From Parcubacteria group bacterium RIFCSPLOWO2_01_FULL_48_18 (GTDB lineage Bacteria; Patescibacteriota; Minisyncoccia; UBA6257; WO2-01-48-18): a stretch of 64,000 nucleotides of DNA. Shown in pieces: positions 57,972-64,000 of this stretch. Every line of letters starts with the position of its first letter. The first letter of the stretch is position 1. The stretch spans positions 14,970 to 78,969 of the forward strand of contig MHXH01000016.1 in assembly GCA_001824435.1 (NCBI GenBank), written 5' to 3'. Under the pieces are notes generated by a model that ran no database searches, had not been told where the DNA came from, and worked only from the letters and a program-made list of their open reading frames with translations. The position numbers and the translations under genes were made by a program.

Positions 57972-60608
57972 ATGTCAATAACCGAAAAAATCATTATAAA
58001 AGGCGCTCGGGTGCATAACTTGAAAAACATCGGCCTTGAGCTACCGAAGAATAGATTGATTGTTTTTACCGGCCTTTCCGGTAGCGGGAAGTCGTCTTTG
58101 GCGTTTGACACTATTTTTGCCGAAGGTCAGCGAAGATACATTGAATCGCTCTCGCCGTATGCGCGGCAGTTTTTGGGCCAGATGGAAAAGCCGGATGTTG
58201 ACGATATCGAAGGACTTTCGCCGGCAATTTCAATTGATCAAAAAGCACATTCGCACAATCCCCGCTCTACCGTGGCAACGCTTACCGAGATTTACGATTA
58301 TCTGCGGGTATTGTTTGCGCGCATCGGCAAACCGCACTGTCCGATCTGCGGAAGAGTAATCCATAAAATGAGCGTGGAAGAAATGGTTGAAACAATACAA
58401 GCGAAAAGCGAGGAGCGAAAAGGGAAAAGTGAATATGCTATGATTTTAGCGCCAGTGGTGCGCGGACGGAAAGGAGAATATTTTCAATTGCTCCAAGATT
58501 TATTCATGGAAGGGTTTGGCGAGGTGCGGATTGACGGTAAATTTCATTCTCTCCACGAACGCATTGAACTGGGAAGATATAAAATGCACACCATTGAAGC
58601 GGTAGTTGATAAGCTGGCGATCAATGATCGGCCACGATTATTTGAAGCAGTGGAAACCGCACTTGATAAAGGAAAGGGGTTGGTGAATGTAATTTTTGAC
58701 GGCCCGAATATCAAGACAGCGGATGTCCAGAAATTGCGCAAGGTTAGGACGTCCGATGTCCAAAATATTGAGGCTGCAAATGAATTATTGCTTTCCTCTC
58801 ACTGGACATGCCCTCACGACGATTTTGCGTTTCCGGAAATTGAGCCGCGCCTGTTTTCTTTTAACAGCCCGTATGGCGCGTGCGAAGCGTGTTCGGGCAT
58901 TGGCCACGATTATTTCGATCCTTCGATTCTTTGCGAAACGTGCAAGGGTAAACGCCTGAAGAATGAATCGCTTGCGGTCAAAATACGCCATCAGAGCATT
59001 GCGGATCTCTCGGCGCTCACGATCGATAAGGCGTATGAATTTTTCGGCACGCTTGAGGCGCATCTGAATGAGAGCGAAAAGATCATCGCTTCGAACCTGT
59101 TGAAAGAAATTGTTTCGCGGCTTGAATTTCTCCTTGAGGTCGGCCTCGATTATATTACGCTGGATCGCGAGGCCGGCACGCTCTCGGGCGGAGAATCGCA
59201 GCGCATCCGGCTGGCCAGCCAGATTGGATCAAAACTTTCCGGCACGCTCTATGTGCTCGACGAGCCCACTATCGGCCTTCACGAACGCGATAATGAACGG
59301 CTACTCAAAATTCTTAAAAATTTGCGCGATCTCGGCAATACCGTGATCATGGTTGAACACGATGAGCGGGCCATCCGCGAATCCGACTATTTGGTGGATA
59401 TCGGTCCGGGGCCGGGGAGGCGCGGCGGAGAGATTGTGGCAGTCGGTCCGATTCCGGAAGCATTGAAAGCAAAAAAAGAAAAATCTCTCACGCTGCAGTA
59501 TTTGAACGGGAGCGAAAAAATAGAAATTCCACAAACTCGGCGCACGAAAAATAAAGGATGGCTGGGATTTGTCGGCGCTCATGCAAACAACATTAACAAT
59601 CTCAATTTTGAAATCCCGCTCGGCAGGTTGGTCTGCGTTACCGGCGTTTCCGGAAGCGGCAAATCAACGCTGCTCGAGAATATCGTGTACAAGAATCTGC
59701 AATTGAAACTCGGAAGATTCGGCGACCTTGAACATGTCGCGAAAGTAACCGGAGTTGAATATATCAGCCGCGTCGTAGAGGTGGATCAATCGCCGATCGG
59801 CAGAACTCCTCGTTCGAACCCCGCGACATATACCGGCGTATTCGCGCCGATCCGTGATCTTTTTTCCATGCTTCCGGCATCACGGGAGCGCGGGTACCGT
59901 CCGGGCAGATTCAGCTTCAACGTTCGGCCAGCTGGCGGAGGCGGCCGATGCGAAGCGTGCGAGGGCGCAGGAGCGAAAATCGTCAAGATGCACTTTTTGC
60001 CTGACGTGCTGGTGAAGTGCGACGTTTGCCGCGGCAAGCGGTTTAACAGCGAAACGCTTCAGGTACAATACAAAGGAAAGCATATTGCCGAAGTGCTCGA
60101 CATGACTGCTGAAGACGCACATGAGCTGTTTGAGGGCATATTTACTGTTGCGGATAAGCTGAAGGTAATGCGGGAGGTCGGCCTTGACTATATAAAACTC
60201 GGCCAGAGCGCGACGACGCTTTCCGGCGGCGAAGCGCAGCGAATAAAATTGTCCAAAGAATTGGCGCGGCCGCTTGCGCGCAATACTGTATTCATTCTGG
60301 ATGAACCGACCACCGGCCTGCACTACCACGACGTGAAAATGCTGTTACGGGTTTTAGATCGGTTGGTGGAAAAAGGGAATACCGTTCTTCTGATCGAACA
60401 CAATATGCACGTGATTAAAACCGCGGATTACATCATTGATATGGGCCCTGAAGGAGGAGGTCGCGGCGGAAAAATCATCGCCACCGGAACGCCGGAGGAA
60501 ATCGCGAAGAACAGACATTCGTATACGGGCAGATACCTGAAAGGTTATTTGACACGAAAGGAAGGTGGGGCTCATAAAGCAAATAGCCTACCGACGCGAA
60601 GCCGGTAG
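57972..60608 (+). CDS. uvrA: Excinuclease ABC subunit A
   Basis: Two ABC ATPase modules ([20 protein letters not shown]) and zinc-finger Cys clusters. Confidence 0.9.
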   Translation: MSITEKIIIKGARVHNLKNIGLELPKNRLIVFTGLSGSGKSSLAFDTIFAEGQRRYIESLSPYARQFLGQMEKPDVDDIEGLSPAISIDQKAHSHNPRSTVATLTEIYDYLRVLFARIGKPHCPICGRVIHKMSVEEMVETIQAKSEERKGKSEYAMILAPVVRGRKGEYFQLLQDLFMEGFGEVRIDGKFHSLHERIELGRYKMHTIEAVVDKLAINDRPRLFEAVETALDKGKGLVNVIFDGPNIKTADVQKLRKVRTSDVQNIEAANELLLSSHWTCPHDDFAFPEIEPRLFSFNSPYGACEACSGIGHDYFDPSILCETCKGKRLKNESLAVKIRHQSIADLSALTIDKAYEFFGTLEAHLNESEKIIASNLLKEIVSRLEFLLEVGLDYITLDREAGTLSGGESQRIRLASQIGSKLSGTLYVLDEPTIGLHERDNERLLKILKNLRDLGNTVIMVEHDERAIRESDYLVDIGPGPGRRGGEIVAVGPIPEALKAKKEKSLTLQYLNGSEKIEIPQTRRTKNKGWLGFVGAHANNINNLNFEIPLGRLVCVTGVSGSGKSTLLENIVYKNLQLKLGRFGDLEHVAKVTGVEYISRVVEVDQSPIGRTPRSNPATYTGVFAPIRDLFSMLPASRERGYRPGRFSFNVRPAGGGGRCEACEGAGAKIVKMHFLPDVLVKCDVCRGKRFNSETLQVQYKGKHIAEVLDMTAEDAHELFEGIFTVADKLKVMREVGLDYIKLGQSATTLSGGEAQRIKLSKELARPLARNTVFILDEPTTGLHYHDVKMLLRVLDRLVEKGNTVLLIEHNMHVIKTADYIIDMGPEGGGRGGKIIATGTPEEIAKNRHSYTGRYLKGYLTRKEGGAHKANSLPTRSR

Positions 60609-60654
60609 GCATATATACCATCATGAAAGGTTAATCAGATTCGACTGCGAATCC

Positions 60655-61137
60655 TTAACTTTCCGCAATCCTTGCAGTATATGACCAGGGGCTTGACCAT
60701 TCTACGTTGTTTGGCACCCAGTCTTTGTTAAAACGAAACTCGTAAAGCCAGCCATCGCCGGTATCCAGTTGAAACGTACCGAGATCATAGCTGCCTCTAT
60801 GGGGATGAAAAACGGCCTTGAATTTCTTGTGCCACCACGGATTTCTAAAACTGTCGACGAGCCCCTTAACCTCGGCTCTACGGACAGCTTTTGAAGCGCC
60901 GAACATGAGCTTGTCATGAAACCTAACATTCACATCCACACGAATGAATCGGATGCCGGTAATCACGACGCCCTCGTTCCCACAATCCTTTTCGTCAGGA
61001 AATCGGATTCCGTAGATCACGCGCAGTGCCTCACGAGTAAGTTCCAGCGGAGTCATCTGTGAGGCGGTGATAGAATGGTTTGTTCTCGACACCGTTGTAC
61101 CTCCCGTCACGAGAGTTGCGGCCAAGAAGACTCTCAA
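60655..61137 (-). CDS. Hypothetical protein (160 aa)
   Basis: ORF only. Confidence 0.3.
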   Translation of the reverse strand: MRVFLAATLVTGGTTVSRTNHSITASQMTPLELTREALRVIYGIRFPDEKDCGNEGVVITGIRFIRVDVNVRFHDKLMFGASKAVRRAEVKGLVDSFRNPWWHKKFKAVFHPHRGSYDLGTFQLDTGDGWLYEFRFNKDWVPNNVEWSSPWSYTARIAES

Positions 61138-61356
61138 CCGGCTGCCGTCTCAGCAGCGATGTAGGCACGACATTTTCTTTTCGTCATCTTGAGCTTGTCC
61201 AGAAACTTCACGGAAGTTTTACGCAGGTGAGATCTTTCGGCTTCGCACACCCTACCTCGCCAAGGATAGTAGTAGAGGGGTATTGCCCACATTGCTGCCG
61301 GGACATAATGTTAAAGAACCACCCGATCGTAACAATATTAGCATGGAAGACAAGAG

Positions 61357-62574
61357 GTGTCAACTATTTTGGGCTTAAAAAATAAAGCAAAGTTCTTTCC
61401 GAACTCTCCGGGCGTATATTTGTTTTTAGATAAGAAAAAGGGGCCGTTGTATATCGGCCGAGCAGGATCGCTAAAAAGGCGGGTGGCCAGTTATTTTCTC
61501 GCCAAGCGTGACTTTCGGATTGCCGAAATGGTTTCAGAGGCGGCAAGCATTACCTATCAAAAAACTTCTACTATCCTGGAAGCGATTATTCTTGAGGCAA
61601 ATCTAATAAAAAAATACTGGCCCAAATATAATGTGCGGGACAGGGATGACCGCTCGTTCGTCTACCTTGTAATTCTCAAAGGGAAATATCCGAAACCGGT
61701 TATTGTCCGCGGTCGGCAGCTCCAACAGTATGGCGCGCTGTCGCGAGAAGTATTCGGCCCATATCAAAATTACCGTCTTCTGAACACCGCCCTGGGAATT
61801 GCGCGCAAGATTTTTCCGTTCAGTACATGCGCGTCCGACACAAAACCGTGCTTTTATTATCAAATTGGGTTGTGTCCGGGCGTTTGTGTCGGAGCAATCG
61901 GCGTGAAAGAGTACGGCCGCAATATCAAAAACCTCGCGTTGTTTTTCCGTGGAGAGCGCAAGCGGCTTTTGAGAAAACTGGAGAAAGAAAACCCGGAAAA
62001 AATTAAAGCGTTGAAGCACGTCCGAGATGTCGCGCTCATTTCTGCCGATAACTTTCGACCTTCAATTTTCAACAAGGGCGGCGTACGCATCGAAGGCTAT
62101 GATATTTCTCATCTTTCCGGGCAAGAGCCGGTTGGCGCGATGGTGGTTTTTGAAAATGAAGCCAGAAACCCTTCGCGGTATCGATTATTCAAAATACGGG
62201 GAGCGAAAACCCAAAGCGATACGGATATGTTACAGGAGGTGTTTGCGCGCCGCCTGAAGCACAAGGAATGGCCATATCCGAACATTGTGTTCGTGGACGG
62301 TGGTGTCGCGCAAGCGCGCGCAGGGCAAAACATTTTGAAAAAATACAATGTTTCGGTTCCGGTGGTCGGCCTCGCAAAAACCGGCGGCCACAGCGCAGCC
62401 GCCTATCAGCAGGACAAACTGATTATCCTCGGCGCCAAGAAAAATGCGCGGGAAATTATTTTTTCGTCGAAACGGCTATTTCAACAAATTCGCAACGAAG
62501 CGCACCGATTCGCGATCGCGTTCAGCAGAAAAAGGCGTCGGAAGAAAAATATGGTGGCGATGAGAGCGAGGTAA
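61357..62574 (+). CDS. uvrC: Excinuclease ABC subunit C, short form (GIY-YIG + RNase H-like endonuclease domain; UVR and HhH regions not evident)
   Basis: GIY-YIG (GVYLF...LYIGRAGSLKRRVASYF), a Cys-rich region and the C-terminal endonuclease domain (IEGYDISHLSG). Confidence 0.7.
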   Translation: MSTILGLKNKAKFFPNSPGVYLFLDKKKGPLYIGRAGSLKRRVASYFLAKRDFRIAEMVSEAASITYQKTSTILEAIILEANLIKKYWPKYNVRDRDDRSFVYLVILKGKYPKPVIVRGRQLQQYGALSREVFGPYQNYRLLNTALGIARKIFPFSTCASDTKPCFYYQIGLCPGVCVGAIGVKEYGRNIKNLALFFRGERKRLLRKLEKENPEKIKALKHVRDVALISADNFRPSIFNKGGVRIEGYDISHLSGQEPVGAMVVFENEARNPSRYRLFKIRGAKTQSDTDMLQEVFARRLKHKEWPYPNIVFVDGGVAQARAGQNILKKYNVSVPVVGLAKTGGHSAAAYQQDKLIILGAKKNAREIIFSSKRLFQQIRNEAHRFAIAFSRKRRRKKNMVAMRAR

Positions 62575-62646
62575 GTGGGATAGCTGTGGGAACGTTGTCT
62601 CGTTTCCTTGAGTCTTCCAAACGTTGATTACCCCGAAGCGGTCTTC

Positions 62647-63132
62647 TCATTTAGTTAACCTCTCCAGTATCTTTAAGTCGTCCGAGATTAGTGCCAATTC
62701 ATTAACGTCGGCCTTCTCAATTTCTCCGATGAGTTTTTCTTTTTCGCTTGGAGATAAACAAGAAACCTTGAATATTTTGTCTTTTAATTCGCCTTTTAAT
62801 GGGCCGGCGTCTCTCCGGCTCATTTCTATGAAACGAAGAGAGGAAAAGAAAATGCCCAGCTCTTGTTCCAAAATGCCGAAATTCTCTTCCCTGGCTCCCA
62901 GGGGCAGATTTCCAAAAAAATCTTTTATAACGCCGTTCTTTTCCCCCGTGGCATAAACTAGCCTGGGCTTTTTAGAAGTGATTTCCCAAATTTGTCTCTC
63001 GATTTCCACGCCGAATTCTTTGTTTTTCGAATCCGGAACGAGCATGAACCCCCCGTCTTTTATGACGATTTCGCCGATAAATCTGCGGTTAGACCTATCG
63101 AATATTTTGAGCGATTTGTCCGGCGGTTGCAT
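62647..63132 (-). CDS. Hypothetical protein (161 aa), overlapping and downstream of the HExxH gene
   Basis: 38-nt overlap with the upstream gene. Confidence 0.3.
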   Translation of the reverse strand: MQPPDKSLKIFDRSNRRFIGEIVIKDGGFMLVPDSKNKEFGVEIERQIWEITSKKPRLVYATGEKNGVIKDFFGNLPLGAREENFGILEQELGIFFSSLRFIEMSRRDAGPLKGELKDKIFKVSCLSPSEKEKLIGEIEKADVNELALISDDLKILERLTK

Positions 63133-63964
63133 AGAATGATTCCCGGGAATCTTTCTGGACTCTTTCGATATAAGCCCTTAGTTTTTCACTGCGTTCAAAT
63201 ATATTCCAATCGGAGTCGCCTAAATACGATCTCACCATCTCGTCAATTGCCATAAAGCGGTTCGGCGAACTTTCGAAAAGCCATTTTGCATTCATAAAAT
63301 AACTGCCAAAACTCTCGGCGAAATCCTCGGTAGCCCTAATGTCGGAGTCTTTGATCTGTTGGGGATAGTAGAAAATAGTTTCGCCCGTATCGTTTCTCGC
63401 CGTCATGTCTTCTATCATGGTCATTCTCCAGTAAACCGGCGCCCGCCCCATCTTTTTCAATGCCTTTTTCGCTATGCCGTCGTTGAATATCCCGTAAGGG
63501 CTTGCCGGATCGAAAGCGTGGCCGAGTTCGTGAAAGATGAGCCGAGCTTCGCTCCACAAACTTCCTTCTTCCCGCAGGTAGGTTTGCTCAACCTCTATTA
63601 TGGAGTAACCGCCTCGTCTTATATGGCGGGCGGCCCGAAAACCTTCTATGTCGTATTCTTCCGGTATTTTTCTTTCCTCCTCCGGCGAATCGATAACCTT
63701 AACCGTGTCAATAACGGCCAGTATCTTATTAAGAGATTCTCCGAACGCGGTTTCCATGATTTTGTAATAGTCTTCCTGCCCCAGGCTGCTTTTAACCTCT
63801 GTGCTATCAATGGCGAATTCTACCGAGCCTAATTTTTGTTTCTGTTTTTGGAGAAAATCTTGGAGTTCCTTCGTTCGCGCTTCTTTTGTCGGGATGAACA
63901 GGCCCCGGGCTTCCGGAGGAGCGGACGTTAAAATTGTAACCGTCGTGAGCAAGTTGGAGCCCAA
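63095..63964 (-). CDS. Hypothetical HExxH-motif protein (putative zinc metallopeptidase-like)
   Basis: HELGH motif (LIFHELGHAFD). Confidence 0.35.
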   Translation of the reverse strand: MGSNLLTTVTILTSAPPEARGLFIPTKEARTKELQDFLQKQKQKLGSVEFAIDSTEVKSSLGQEDYYKIMETAFGESLNKILAVIDTVKVIDSPEEERKIPEEYDIEGFRAARHIRRGGYSIIEVEQTYLREEGSLWSEARLIFHELGHAFDPASPYGIFNDGIAKKALKKMGRAPVYWRMTMIEDMTARNDTGETIFYYPQQIKDSDIRATEDFAESFGSYFMNAKWLFESSPNRFMAIDEMVRSYLGDSDWNIFERSEKLRAYIERVQKDSRESFYATAGQIAQNIR

Positions 63965-64000
63965 GAGTATTCTCTCGAAATTTTTGGGATCGGTCGTTAC

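Noticed and set aside
1-64000. Alternative genetic code (UGA recoding) or an rRNA operon
   Set aside because: All conserved genes (dnaA, metG, uvrA, hppA and others) are full length under the standard code. No 16S or 23S-like sequence was seen.

Overview
This 64 kb window spans a chromosomal replication origin (rpmH-rnpA-yidC-jag on the minus strand diverging from dnaA-dnaN) in a compact, gene-dense genome with a reduced-genome, Patescibacteria/CPR-like flavour. That lineage assignment is tentative. Housekeeping genes include lnt, plsC, metG, glyQS, nusA, hppA, clpP, a thrA-asd-aroK-thrC block, uvrB, uvrA, a short uvrC, a two-component pair, an SPFH protein and an M16 peptidase.

The main accessory feature is a ~12 kb co-directional type IV secretion-like locus at 4734..17042. 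It encodes a signal-peptide protein, a VirB6/TrbL-like polytopic protein, a PrgI/VirB3-like protein, a VirB4-type ATPase, a VirB2-like pilin candidate and a membrane-anchored beta-propeller protein, with no VirD4, VirB11, relaxase or integrase in view. The VirB4 gene is split in frame by a 93-bp inverted-repeat element. Two four-helix-bundle genes (23S rRNA intervening-sequence / Avd-like), one of them frameshifted, sit in the locus as cassettes bracketed by inverted arrays of short tandem repeats. Related cargo-less copies and a 16-bp palindrome recur in other intergenic regions, consistent with a miniature inverted-repeat (MITE/REP-like) element family.

Other notable features are a tRNA-Phe(GAA) gene interrupted by a ~237-nt probable group I intron in the anticodon loop, a Thr-rich leader peptide upstream of thrA, a tandem Ddl-Ddl fusion next to a class IV aminotransferase, and UvrB and UvrC that both appear to lack their UVR interaction domains. 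No rRNA genes, CRISPR arrays, transposases or integrases were found.
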